Shown here in pieces: positions 1 through 11,911 of a DNA stretch of 60,968 nucleotides. Every line of letters begins with the position of its first letter. Position 1 is the first letter of the stretch. Both the position numbers and the translations under genes were made by a program. The notes below the pieces were generated by a model. It was not told the origin of the DNA. It saw only the letters and a program-made list of their open reading frames with translations, and ran no database searches. This DNA comes from Octopus bimaculoides. Its lineage: Eukaryota. The DNA is taken from contig NC_068989.1 in NCBI RefSeq assembly GCF_001194135.2, positions 70,091,506 to 70,152,473 of the forward strand. Reading direction: 5' to 3'.

Positions 1-301
1 TACAGTATCGAAATGTGATTGTTTCAGTTAGTGGAATAGTTTCATTTTTAAAGTGAAAGTATTTGACATGAGTGTTTTTGTTTCACTTTTGACACGTAAT
101 ACTTAAATAGTGGAGGAGATATTATGTTGCCGTGGGCTCGAACTCTGCAAGAAGTTAAAAAATTTGACTAAAACACAACTGGAACCCTAAGTAAGGCATC
201 TGTAAAATTTGAATGAAATTGGTTGTGTAGTTCTCGAGTTTTAGGGATTCACACACACAGACAGACAGACAGACACACATTCTCATTTTTATATATATAG
301 A
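1..301 (-). mobile_element. Non-autonomous Helitron family H1, 5' part (runs off window start)
   Basis: Reverse complement reads TCTATATATATAAAAATGAGAATGTGTGTCTGTC..., near-identical to 32693-33000, which has canonical Helitron termini. Confidence 0.8.
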
Positions 302-451
302 AGATAGATAAAACTATTTCTCTGTCATTTATGACTTTATACACTCCTTATTATTTTTTTTTTGTATCATACTATATATTTTATACGTTTTCTAGAATGA
401 TACATTAAGGAGCTTTTTTTTATGTGTGCTACCAGATTACTTGAATCCATA

Positions 452-716
452 TCTATATATATAAAAATGAGAATGTGTGTCTGTCTGTCTGTCTGTCTTA
501 CTTAGGGTTCCGGTTGTGTTTTAGTCAAAAAAATTTTTTAATTTCTTGCAGAGTTCGAGCCCACGGCAACATAATATCTCCTCCACTATTTAAGTATTAC
601 GTGTCAAAAGCGAAACAAAAACACTCATGTCAAATACTTCCACTTTAAAAATGAAACTATTCCACTAACTGAAACAATGACATTTCGATACTGTAATGAC
701 AGATACTTTCACTTTA

Positions 717-754
<38 letters not shown>

Positions 755-932
755 TATACATATACATGTATATGTATAGATATATATATAGATATAGATC
801 TATGTGCATACATGTATATGTATACATATGTGTAGATGTATATATATAGGTGTACATCTAATATGTACACATATAAATGTATACATTGAAAATATAACAT
901 TGATTTCAAGGCCTTCCCAGATGAGTGACTGG
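452..932 (+). mobile_element. Helitron family H1 copy, ~60 bp internal deletion, 3' end not found
   Basis: A|TCTATATATATAAAAATGAG start. Colinear with 32693-33000 but lacks GTGTGAATCCC...CACATGC. 895-932 (TAACATTGATTTCAAGGCC..ATGAG.GACTGG) matches 33685-33722. Confidence 0.75.
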
Positions 933-1941
933 TTGTTCTAAGACATTTATTGATTGTAAATATTTTCTGCCCAGTTACCTATCGGTAGAGTGGTCATTTG
1001 CAAACTCCAGAGGCGACACTTTCATTTCCCTTTACTCCAAACGTCACACATTGTTGTTTCTATTGAGTCATGCCCTTCCAATTGCTATAGATCCATAATG
1101 CATCTTAAAGCTGTACCTGTCACCTGTATGGTGAGGAATCCTACATTGGGGAGTAGTAACGACTAGGCTACGGTAGCTGACTGATTATCGTGATCATTCG
1201 TCTTTTGCTTTCCTGTAGCTTTGCTCTCTTTTAAAGGAAGATGATGATGATGGTAGTGATATATATATATATATATATATATGAGTGACATGCAATATAT
1301 ATATTAATCATTATAAAGATTAACAGTCTGATTCATAGTGTCATGCTTGAATATCTTTTACGAGTAAATTTAAATATAAAGCAATTTTAAAAGATATATC
1401 ATGTTCTGTCTTTCATGATATTTGAAGCTACTTACTAATTCTTTGCAGATATGGTTTTTAAATGAGAAATTTAAGTGCTGTATTGCAATATATACTGTTT
1501 GTACAGTCTCATCTAAGAGAAATAAGTGAGAAAGCACATGCATATGCATATGTTGTGTGTATATGTGCTTATATGACAGTGAGAGAGGAAGAGAGAATTA
1601 GTGTAAGACAGAGGGAGAAGAGGAGACCTTACCACTCCAGTATAACTATCAATTTTTCACCATCTCTTTCCTTGAATCATCCCGTTCTTTTTTTCCTAGG
1701 AGGACCTCTGACGCCGGGTTTTTTTCTGTAAACGTTATTCCAGAATACTTTTGGACATAGATGCAAATGTAGGGGTAAAAAATTGATAGAGAAATAAAAA
1801 TTGGTAGAATAAACAGACAAATATAGATGTCTATAGATATATATCATAGATTGCTGTAGTTGAGTAGACTTGTGATTAACTATGACCATCCCTTCTCTTC
1901 TTTTTGATTTTGCTTCAAGATATAGAGTACCCTGGCTAATA

Positions 1942-1991
<50 letters not shown>

Positions 1992-2369
1992 ATGTGCGTG
2001 TTATATAATTGCATAAAATCGAAGTAATAAATACAAACTTACTAAAACAAGTATAGAATTTATCTGGTATGTGATTCTGTAAGTAGAAATACTTTTTAAA
2101 ATGCAGACACATGATTACTCACAAGTATGCATAATAAATAATACAGAGCTCATGTGTGTGTGTAAGAGAGAGAGAGGGCATGTGTGTGTGTGTGTGTGTG
2201 TGTTAGTGTTAGTAAGAGCACAAATCAGTTGAGGTTCACTACAGCTGTTTCAGACATGTTTTTTTTATATATTGATGAACACTTATTTATTAAAATACCT
2301 TGAATCAACTGGATTCTGAAAATAACTAATTATGTGTGTATGTGTGTGTGAGTCTACATGTGTTATTGT

Positions 2370-2563
2370 TTGTTTGTCCCCCACCTCAACAACTCAACAA
2401 CTGATGTTAGTTTGTTTACATCACTGTAACTTACAAGTTCAACAAAAGAGGCAAGTAAAATAAGCACCAGACTTCAAAAGACGAATAAATACTGAGGTTG
2501 ACTAAACTCTTTCAGATGGTGCTCCAGCATGACTACAGTCTAATATCTGAAACAAGTAAAAGG
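2370..2563 (+). mobile_element. SINE family A, 3' half (diverged)
   Basis: GTTTGTCCCCC...GGTGCTCCAGCATG...GAAACAAGTAAAAG, shared with the full copy at 3288-3683. Confidence 0.75.
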
Positions 2564-2588
2564 ATATATACATAAATGGTGGTGGTGG

Positions 2589-2674
<86 letters not shown>

Positions 2675-2676
<2 letters not shown>

Positions 2677-2835
2677 CACAGGTGTGGCTGTGTGCTAACA
2701 AGTTTGCTTCCCAACCAGTTCCAGGCTCAGTTCCACTGTATGGCACCTTGGGCAAGTGTTTTCTACTTTAGCCTCAGGCTGATTAAAGCCTTGTGAATGG
2801 GTTTGGTAGATGGAAACTGAAAGAAGCCTGTCGTA
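2675..2835 (+). mobile_element. SINE family A, tRNA-like head
   Basis: GGTGTGGCTGTGTG...GGCACCTTGGGCAAGTG...GGAAACTGAAAGAAGCC, as in other copies. Confidence 0.8.
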
Positions 2836-2856
2836 TATATGTATAAATATATATAT

Positions 2857-2984
2857 TTGAAAAAATTGATAGAAATGGCTTTTCTGATGATTATTCCACT
2901 TCAATAATTAGATTAAACTTATAAACATCTAATTATTAAAGTCGTAAATTTATCAGAAAAGCCATTTCCATTCATTTTTTTCAA
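2857..2984. mobile_element. Small fold-back MITE in TA-rich site
   Basis: ~57 bp imperfect inverted arms (TTGAAAAAA..GAAATGGCTTTTCTGAT...AATAATTAGAT / complement) around a ~13 nt loop; TA runs on both sides. Confidence 0.6.
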
Positions 2985-3064
2985 CTATATAATAGTGTAC
3001 CAAGGATTTTCTATTTCTTATTCTACTATCTATATATGTATATATATGTGTGCGTGTGTGTGTA

Positions 3065-3284
3065 CAGTAATCCCTCACCATATCACAGTTCACCTATAGC
3101 GGTTTATTATTTAAGTTTACATCAATTCCTCCGTGGTGTTGTTTTGCATTTATAATAAAATATATATATACAAATTATAAAAATGGTTAAAAAATATACA
3201 ATACAATACTGTTTCTACTTAATGGATTTTCACCTATCGCGGGGCTTGTGGAACATAACACCCATGATAGTCAGGGAATTATTG
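3065..3284. mobile_element. Tc1/mariner (pogo/Tigger-like) MITE
   Basis: TA|CAGTAATCCCT...TATC start and GATAG.CAGGGAATTATTG end form imperfect TIRs; right flank reads CA rather than TA. Confidence 0.6.
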
Positions 3285-3287
3285 CAT

Positions 3288-3683
3288 GGAGGCGCAGGAG
3301 TGACTATGTGGTAAGTAGCTTGCTTACCAACCACATGGTTCCGGGTTCAGTCCCATTGCGTGGCACCTTGGGCAAGTGTCTTCTACTATAGCCTCGGGCC
3401 GACCAAAGCTTTGTAAGTGGATTTGGTAGACGGAAACTGAAAGAAGCCTGTCGTATATATGTATGTATATATACATANNNNNNNNNNGTTTGTCCCCCTA
3501 GCATTGCTTGACAACCGATGCTGGTGTGTTTATGTCCCCGTCAATTAGAGGTTCGGTAAAAAGAGACCGATAGAATAGGTACTAGGCTTACAAAGAATAA
3601 GTCCTGGGGTCGATTTGCTCGACTAAAGGCGGTGCTCCAGCATGGTCACAGTCAAATGACTGAAACAAGTAAAAGATAAAAGA
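3288..3683 (+). mobile_element. SINE family A, full length (tRNA-like head, internal TA/TG microsatellite, 3' body)
   Basis: A-box-like TGTGGTAAG, B-box-like GGTTCAGTCC, central microsatellite with 10-N gap, GAAACAAGTAAAAGA tail; many related copies in the window. Confidence 0.85.
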
Positions 3684-4416
3684 TGGAAGATGTGTGTGTA
3701 TATATGTATGTATGTATGTATGTATGCATATAGGCACAGAGGATGTTTTGAGGCAGTACCATTCATTTAGTAATGCACAATATACAGCCTTTCTTCAGAT
3801 GGTGGTCCACACAATTCTAATGATTAGTCAAGTTCAGGGAAATACCTAAACCTCTGAATTAGTAGTAAGACTGTGCCAGCAAAAACATTCACAAGGTGAA
3901 CTTGTTCCCTCTGATCTTGGTAGATATAGTTGCATATCATGAAAAAAAAAAATGGCCTAAGTTCCCAACAATAGAACAAGTGGTTAAACACCTATGAGTT
4001 CAATGGCTATTGAACCCAACAGCTGTTGTCATGTAAGCTAATAACTTCAAGTCCCTACCAAAGATTTCCTTGTAGATAAATAAATAAATATATAAAGAAT
4101 ATATATAAATAAATAAATATGCTACTCTGCAGAAAAGTATTAAGGGCGCCTTCAGTTTAATGTTTGATTACTTTTATAAAAAGCTTTACTGAAAATCAAA
4201 CATTAATGTGTGTCTATGATATACTGATGTATACATGCATGCACATATGTGTGATTTTGCATATGTGAGTGTGTGTAAAAGCGCCTACATATAAGACTAA
4301 TGAAACTTAAAGTGTCACTCACCATGAATATGTTTGGCATTGTTCAGGCTTCATTTCCTTACACTGTTTCAGGCAATGAGGCACTTTCTATGGTTTTCTG
4401 GAAAAAAAATGCACGT

Positions 4417-4476
<60 letters not shown>

Positions 4477-5076
4477 NNNNNNNNNNNNNNNNNNNNNNNN
4501 NNNNNNNNNNNNNNNNNNNNNNNNNNNNNNNNNNNNNNNNNNNNNNNNNNNNNNNNNNNNNNNNNNNNNNNNNNNNNNNNNNNNNNNNNNNNNNNNNNNN
4601 NNNNNNNNNNNNNNNNNNNNNNNNNNNNNNNNNNNNNNNNNNNNNNNNNNNNNNNNNNNNNNNNNNNNNNNNNNNNNNNNNNNNNNNNNNNNNNNNNNNN
4701 NNNNNNNNNNNNNNNNNNNNNNNNNNNNNNNNNNNNNNNNNNNNNNNNNNNNNNNNNNNNNNNNNNNNNNNNNNNNNNNNNNNNNNNNNNNNNNNNNNNN
4801 NNNNNNNNNNNNNNNNNNNNNNNNNNNNNNNNNNNNNNNNNNNNNNNNNNNNNNNNNNNNNNNNNNNNNNNNNNNNNNNNNNNNNNNNNNNNNNNNNNNN
4901 NNNNNNNNNNNNNNNNNNNNNNNNNNNNNNNNNNNNNNNNNNNNNNNNNNNNNNNNNNNNNNNNNNNNNNNNNNNNNNNNNNNNNNNNNNNNNNNNNNNN
5001 NNNNNNNNNNNNNNNNNNNNNNNNNNNNNNNNNNNNNNNNNNNNNNNNNNNNNNNNNNNNNNNNNNNNNNNNNNNN

Positions 5077-5119
<43 letters not shown>

Positions 5120-5453
5120 CATATATTTACATATACATATATATATATATACACATATATATATACATATGTATGTGTATATGTATATGAGTATGTGAAT
5201 ATTTCTATACATTTAAATTTTAACAGAAATTTCCATTACCAAACGAAAGGAATGTTATGCTCCATTAGTAAATTTTTCTCTTTTACACAGCACTCTATTA
5301 TAATTTGTACCTAAACATTTTTCTTTTACCTTTCCTCTATATTAAATTTTAAAGACTGCTGCTTCTGTATACCACAATGGAAATCTGGGAGATGATATGA
5401 AAAAGAAAGAAAAATATGATAGACAAAAGCATTCCATAAATTACAGGAAAGAG

Positions 5454-5498
<45 letters not shown>

Positions 5499-5571
5499 TG
5501 CTTGTGCATGTGTACATGCACATGTGCACACATGCATGCATGCACATATATATGTGTGTGTATACATATAC

Positions 5572-5714
5572 ACATCATCATTGTCATCGTCATCATCATC
5601 ATCATCAACATTTAATGTCCGTCTTCCATGCTGGTATGGGTTGGACAGCTTAACAGGAACTGGCAAGGCCAAGGACCACACCAGGTTCCGTAGTCTGTTT
5701 TGGCTTGGTTTCTA
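5572..5714 (-). mobile_element. RTE-type 3' tail fragment
   Basis: (CAT)n followed by TTTAATGTCCGTCTTCCATGCTGG.ATGGGTTGGAC, the reverse complement of the RTE tail at 7330-7397. Confidence 0.75.
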
Positions 5715-5751
5715 TAAAGAGAGAGAGACAAAGAAAGAGAGAAGAAATATT

Positions 5752-6197
5752 GGTTTCAAATTCTGGCACAAGGCCAGCAATTTTTAGGGAGGGGTTAAGT
5801 TGATTATATCAACCCAGTGTCCAACTGGTACCTATGTTATTGACCCCAAAAGGATGAAAGGCAGAGTGGACCATAATGGAATTTGAACTTAGAGTAGAAA
5901 GATGGATGGCATGTTGCTAAGAATTTTGCCCAGCATGCTAGTGATTCTGCCAGGCCACTGCCCAGATAGAAGAAATATTTGGTTTCAAATTTTGACATAT
6001 GGCCAGCAGTTTTGGGCTAGGGGTTAAATTAATTACATCAACCCCCAGTACTCAACTGGTACTTATTTTATCAACCCTGAAAGGATGAAAGACGAAAAGC
6101 TGACCCTGGCAGAATTTGAACTCAGAATGTTAAGACAGATGAAGTGTTACTAAGCATTTTGCCCGGTGTGCAAACAATTCTGCTAGCTAATTGTCTA
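5752..6197 (-). mobile_element. Two tandem SINE family C copies (5752-5962, 5981-6197)
   Basis: Each has GGTTTCAAA..GGC.A.AAGGCCAGCA...CTGGTAC...AAAGGATGAAAG...GAATTTGAACT...GCTAAGCATTTTGCCC; tRNA-like head on the minus strand. Confidence 0.8.
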
Positions 6198-6447
6198 GAC
6201 AAAAGAAATATTAGGCACAGATAACAGATAAAATGCACAGAATGACCTACAAGCAGAAGCCATTTCCTCTACTCAGCTGTCGACTGAAGATCAAGGCAAT
6301 TTTGTCATATTACCAACAAGATTTCTCACTACAGAGTGCCCATAACAAATATTACTAGAGAATGGTGTTGAACAGGTACACAAAAATATACAGAAAATTT
6401 ATATATGATAAATATTCAAGTCTAATAGCCAAACAAAATGTCAGCTC

Positions 6448-7397
6448 AAGCCAGTATGCTCCGTTGGATGTGTAATGTCAATGTGAATACCCATTAGAGT
6501 GTAAGTATCTTGAGAGAAAAGCTGAACATTAGAAGCATCAGTTGTGGTGTGCAAGAGAGACGATTGCACTGGTATGGACATGTGGTGAGAATGGATGAGG
6601 ATAGCTGCGTGAAAAAGTGCCACACCCTAACAGTTGAGGGAACCCGTGGAAGAGGTAGGCCCAGGAAAACCTGGGCTGAGGTGGTGAGGCAAGACCTTCG
6701 TACATTGGGCCTCACCGAGGCGATGACTACTGACCGAGACCTTTGGAAATGTGCTGTGCGTGAGAAGACCCGGCAAGCCAAGTAAGATCGTTGTCAGTGC
6801 CCCTGGACTGGTTCTTGTGCGGGTGGCANNNNNNNNNNNNNNNNNNNNNNNNNNNNNNNNNNNNNNNNNNNNNNNNNNNNNNNNNNNNNNNNNNNNNNNN
6901 NNNNNNNNNNNNNNNNNNNNNNNNNNNNNNNNNNNNNNNNNNNNNNNNNNNNNNNNNNNNNNNNNNNNNNNNNNNNNNNNNNNNNNNNNNNNNNNNNNNN
7001 NNNNNNNNNNNNNNNNNNNNNNNNNNNNNNNNNNNNNNNNNNNNNNNNNNNNNNNNNNNNNNNNNNNNNNNNNNNNNNNNNNNNNNNNNNNNNNNNNNNN
7101 NNNNNNNNNNNNNNNNNNNNNNNNNNNNNNNNNNNNNNNNNNNNNNNNNNNNNNNNNNNNNGGCACATAAAAGACACCATTTCGAGCGTGGCCGTTTTCG
7201 TGTGGGTGACACGTAAAAGCACCCACTACACACTCTGAGTGGTTGGCGTTAGGAAGGGCATCCAGCTGTAGAAACTCTGCCAAATTAGATTGGAGCCTGG
7301 TGTTGCCATCCGGTTTCACCAGTCCTCAGTCAAATCGTCCAACCCATGCTAGCATGGAAAGCGGACGTTAAACGATGATGATGATGATGATGATGAT
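6448..7397 (+). mobile_element. RTE-clade LINE, 5'-truncated: ORF C-terminus, 3' UTR and (GAT)n tail
   Basis: Translation ASMLRWMC...RLHWYGHVVRMDE...GTRGRGRPRKTW.EVVRQDL...DRDLWK is a typical RTE C-terminus; one in-frame stop; gap 6829-7161; ends GGACGTTAAAC(GAT)n. Confidence 0.85.
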
Positions 7398-8084
7398 ATA
7401 TATATATATACTCATTCGCATATATATATATGTGTATTTAGGAATTCAGTGTAAGGGATCAAAATCATGACATCGGATAACAAAAAAGGATATTGCAGAT
7501 ATACCATATTTCGTTATGGAACCATAGTACACTACAAAGTATATTAAACGTTTTTATAAGTCAATACTGTGTTCTGCTAGCTGTGCTATTACATCACTTG
7601 TTAAGGTTATCTCTATAGGAAATCTGTAGAAATAACCTTGACAAAAAGGATGTGATTATGTCATAAACAAGCAGAGGTAAAACTGAACTGATCAGTGGGA
7701 GACAATATAAAGATAAACAATGCCAGATATTAAACATTAGGAACAGATATGAAGTCTTACAGGATGTTCAGCCTCCTTTTTACAGTTTGATGTATTGTTG
7801 AATAATCAGCAACATTGGAAAGCATAAAAATTAAAGCAGTTGTTGAGAAAATGTTAGCTGACATGGAAGACTAGAAGCTATCTGAAGATTAGATAAGGTT
7901 TATCTGTATCATGATGATTCACACCAGGTATCAAAATGTCGATTTCATGACTTCTGCCTAATGCTCTGTGAATACTATAAAGGTTATAAGACATGACATT
8001 GTTAGCTGCAGCAGAGATTATGAAGTTGTGGCCAGCAGCAAGGGATACAGCAGGTGCTCTGACTGTGTCTGCACAACTGAGTTC

Positions 8085-8403
8085 ATCCCCATGTCTTTGA
8101 ACAGGGCCTTAGGCTCAATTCAAATAGCTTTGTAAAGATACTGGAGACTGTGATCAAGACCCTGGCTGGAAAAGGTTGCTGCTGGAAGGCCATCTGTATA
8201 ACAGCAGGATTTGGCCAATTTCTGGCCTCCCAATTCTCCTGATTGTAATTCCATGGATTACTATGTGTGGGGTACAAGTGAGAATGACACCAAACATTCT
8301 GCCTGCTGCACCAAAGCTTACCTGGTGGCCAAGATCAAGGAGGTGTTCAAAAATCTCCTCAAAGACACAGTGAGGAATGCATGCACCAGGTTCTGCAGCC
8401 ATT
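8085..8403 (+). pseudogene. Tc1/mariner (DD37D/maT-like) transposase remnant with internal deletion
   Basis: ...KPWLEKVAAGRP..QQD joined to NFWPPNSPDCNSMDYYVWG...; the SPDxNPxDY motif is typical of DD37D elements. Confidence 0.7.
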
Positions 8404-8533
8404 TACGTCCCGATAACTTAGCAGTTCAGCAAAACATACTGGTAGAATAAGTCCTGAGGTCGATTTGCTCAACTAAAGGTGGTGCTGCAGCATGGCCACA
8501 GTCAAATAACTGAAACAAGTAAAAGAATAAAAG
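8402..8533 (+). mobile_element. SINE family A 3' end fragment
   Basis: TTTACGTCCC..AACTTAGC...GGTCGATTTGCTC.ACTAAAGG...GAAACAAGTAAAAG. Confidence 0.75.
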
Positions 8534-8939
8534 CATATTAGAAAGCATTCCCTGTGAAATTAATGATAAATAATTATCTTACTTAATGTGGATGTATTGT
8601 TAAAATGCTATATACTAACAATAACCGAAGAATATATTTAAGATATTTCTCAGCATATAAAACTATTAGTAGTACTTAAAAGACATGTATTGTGTCCTTT
8701 AAGTAAACAATATTTATCTCTCACCAGATGGAGTACTCTTTTGTTGAATTTTCTCTCACGGAACAGTACATTCTATAAGGGGGTGAAACTACAAGGACTT
8801 TCCAGACTCCGGCTGATGAGGAAATCAGCTGCAAATGATCCGTGACTCTTGTTTTTGCCTAGTTTGCCATATATTTTGGGGTTTCTGTTTGTTGTGTTCT
8901 TCTCTCCTACCTTTGATATATATATATAATATATATATA

Positions 8940-8995
<56 letters not shown>

Positions 8996-9867
8996 TTATA
9001 GATATTGAATGTATATATATATATATATATACATTCAGTATCTATAACTTTTTTTATTGTAGCTGGAAACCTTCACAAACTAAGTTTCACTTAATCAACC
9101 TTCAGATTCAGACAATGTATATATGTAGATGTGCCTATCTATGTATGTGTTTGTGCATAGATGTATGTGTGTGTGTGCGCATGCATGCATGTGTGTATGT
9201 ATATATGTATGTAATTATACATTTATGCTCACACATGCAGGATTTCTCTACTTAATCTTTCAGGGAAAGCCAATAACCTTACAGAGAGAAATTTATATGA
9301 AATTTATAATGAAATATTAATTTTTCTGAATGACTTCACTAAATATTTCTTTAATAATCTTTCTTCCATCGCAGAAAAATAGACAGAGTACTTCCTATCG
9401 ATCTTAATCAGCAAATACTCAGCTTTTACACAGCTTCCTATTTCATAACGCCTGTATCCATGTGAAATATTTCACTAGAAGCTGGAGAACAACTGCTTAA
9501 TTCCCAGCAATTTTTCATGCTGAATATTATCTCTTCTATTTCAATTTTAATGTTCACCTTCTTTTGTCCATGACTCTTCTAAATGATTTGTTTTTATTTC
9601 ATTTTTGTTTTGTTTTGCTTTTTGTTTCTTTAGTTTTGATTTATAAATGCTGATAAATTTATTTCTGCCATTTCTATTCTTCAATAAAGCAGTTAATGTT
9701 TTACCACATTACCAGCTTTGCTTTCTTCCTGATCTCAAAAAACGATAAGAAAGGGAGACCTTGCACTTACTTCCTGGCTCTTGGAAACTAAAAGCATTTT
9801 TCAGTGAGCTTACAAGATTAACAAATTAGTCCTGGAGATTAGAAATGAAAGGAAAATATAGATAACA

Positions 9868-9900
<33 letters not shown>

Positions 9901-9988
9901 TTGTGTATACATATGCATGCGCACATATGTTTGTTTACAAAACAGCACTATGAAATTATAGTTCTTAAATCTGACAGAAAGAAGCTAG

Positions 9989-10076
9989 GAGTACATTAGT
10001 GTAATGGTAGCATACCTGTCATGAAAACAAAGAGGTGTGGGTTCAAGTGCCACACATATGGACACCCTGCTTTTTT
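9989..10076 (+). ncRNA. tRNA-like element (SINE family E head or tRNA pseudogene) followed by T6
   Basis: D-arm-like GTGT-AATGGTA-GCAT, stem CCTGT/ACAAAG, T-arm GTGGG-TTCAAGT-GCCAC, TTTTTT at 10071-10076; anticodon loop non-canonical. Confidence 0.45.
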
Positions 10077-10189
10077 CAATCAAGGGTTTATATGCCCCAG
10101 TATTAGACTATTTACCTTAGTCAATGCACAGTGATCGCTTATAAGCTTTAAGCTTATAAAATATTAATATTCTTACATATGTATAAGTG

Positions 10190-10343
10190 TTGGGGTGGCT
10201 GTGTATTTTATGCAGTTTGCTTCCCAGTCATGTGGTCTTGGGTTCAGTCCCACTAGATGGCATCTTGGCCTAGTGTCTTCTACTATAGGCCCAGGCCAAC
10301 CAAAACCATATGAATGAACATGGTAGACAGAAACTGAAAAAAG
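10190..10343 (+). mobile_element. SINE family A head (diverged)
   Basis: GGTGGCTGTG...GGTTCAGTCCCACT...TCTTCTACTATAG...GAAACTGAAA. Confidence 0.7.
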
Positions 10344-10438
10344 TATATATATGATGATGCACATTTACAACTATCACATGATATCTAGACAAGGGTCTAC
10401 ACAAATACACACACACACACACTCACATAATACATATA

Positions 10439-10488
<50 letters not shown>

Positions 10489-10508
10489 AATATATATATA
10501 TGTATATA

Positions 10509-10740
10509 TCTTATATATAAATGGCAATTTCTGTCTTTCTGTCTGTTAGCATCTTGCTGCCTATACCATCAAACTAATCTTCATGAAACCTTTGCATACA
10601 TGTTAAACTAACATCCAGTTCAACTATAGGCTAATAGAATCCAACAGGGAGCAACACTGGACAGAAATGGTACTTTTACACCTTTTACCATAAGAGAGAA
10701 TTTTTTTCTCCATTGTAACTGCAGTGGGTTTGCCTTTTAG
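10509..10740 (+). mobile_element. Possible older non-autonomous Helitron (second family)
   Basis: A|TC-TTATATATAAATG start, then CTGTCTTTCTGTCTG and AAACTAATCTTCATGAAA, parallel to the H1 layout; weak terminal hairpin, ends TTAG without the following T. Confidence 0.3.
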
Positions 10741-11002
10741 AAGATTAAATATGTCACAAACATATTTTAATTAACCTAAAGTTCATGTATATATGTCTGT
10801 GCTTGTATGCATGTCAGATTGGAGACTCCCAAAGTGTCTGCTGCACATGAAACTTACCTCAAGCAATTTAACACAAGGTCATCCTCCAAATCCCAGCTTT
10901 ATTTCAGATGATGTATGAAGTCACTTTACATGAATGTTGAAAGGTGCTGAGAAGATCTAAACTAAATTTTATGGGTTATTAGAAATACAGAAACACATGC
11001 TT

Positions 11003-11160
11003 CATCATCATTGTTTTAATGTCCATTTTTCCATGCCTGATGGGTCGGACAGAATCCATTGAAGTGAATTTCCTATTGCCAGATCCCCTTCCTGTTGCCA
11101 ACCTTCACCTGTTTCCAAGTAAGGTGACATTACTCCATGACCAGACATCTTTCCAGAGTA
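11003..11160 (-). mobile_element. RTE-type 3' tail fragment (diverged subfamily)
   Basis: (CAT)n TTTAATGTCCATTTTCCATGC..ATGGGTCGGAC. Confidence 0.6.
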
Positions 11161-11303
11161 CTGAAAATGAGGGACACTACTTGCATGATAGTGACATTCA
11201 TTTACAATTATCATGCATTGTTAAAGCAAAGAGTCAGTAACACATGCACACATACACATGAACACACGCACACACACACACAACAGAAACACATACATAT
11301 AAT

Positions 11304-11511
11304 CTTTACTCTTTTTTACTTGTTTCAGTCATTTGACTGCAGCCATGCTGGAGCACCGCCTTTAGTTGAGCAAATCGACCCCGGGACTTATTCTTTGTAA
11401 GCCTAGTACTTATTCTACCGGTCTCTTTTGCCAAACTGCTAAGTGACGGGGACATAAACACACCAGCATCGGATGTCAAGCAATGCTAGGGGGACAAACA
11501 CAGACACACAA

Positions 11512-11562
<51 letters not shown>

Positions 11563-11726
11563 CGACGGGCTTCTTTCAGTTTCCGTCTACCAAATCCACT
11601 CACAAGGCTTTGGTCGGCCTGAGGCTATAGTAGAAGACACTTGCCCAAGATTCCATGCAGTGGGACTGAACCCGGAACCATGTGGCTGGTAAGCAAGCTA
11701 CTTACCACACAGCCACTCCTGCGCCT
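11304..11726 (-). mobile_element. SINE family A, full length
   Basis: Reverse complement of the 3288-3683 type; internal (CA)n(TA)n. Confidence 0.85.
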
Positions 11727-11830
11727 ATATGTATGTATATATAATTTTTTTTTATTGGACTTCAAAGTACACATAAAGCTATTAATAATAGCATGTAAAT
11801 ATTGGGTTTTAAAAAAAATCCCTAATATAG

Positions 11831-11911
11831 AAAAAAGTCAAAGGATGTGGGGCATGAACCCATATTTCTTGTAGACATGACAGGTGTTCTATCATTATAC
11901 CACAGCCAACC
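11831..11911 (-). ncRNA. tRNA-like element related to 9989-10076, followed by T6
   Basis: Minus strand GGTTGGCTGTGGTATAATGATAGAACA-CCTGT-CATGTCT-ACAAG-..ATGGGTTCATGCCCCAC..TTTTTT. Confidence 0.4.

Noticed and set aside
3840-3930. LINE RT fragment (minus strand LYLPRSEG)
   Set aside because: Only one short motif; insufficient to annotate.
4300-5314. Long ORFs of 200-330 aa (also near 6.6-7.3, 18.5-19.3, 33.0-33.7 and 44.0-44.9 kb)
   Set aside because: Open only because they run through N-gaps and dinucleotide repeats.
8805-8830. CTGATGAG hammerhead core (also 2884, 56273, 56385, 28063)
   Set aside because: No properly placed GAAA, stem III or UH; a 7-mer alone is expected by chance.
9989-10062. 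Functional tRNA gene (initially read as tRNA-Asp from CCTGTCA)
   Set aside because: With the best stem, the loop is CATGAAA without U33, and the acceptor stem is not formed.
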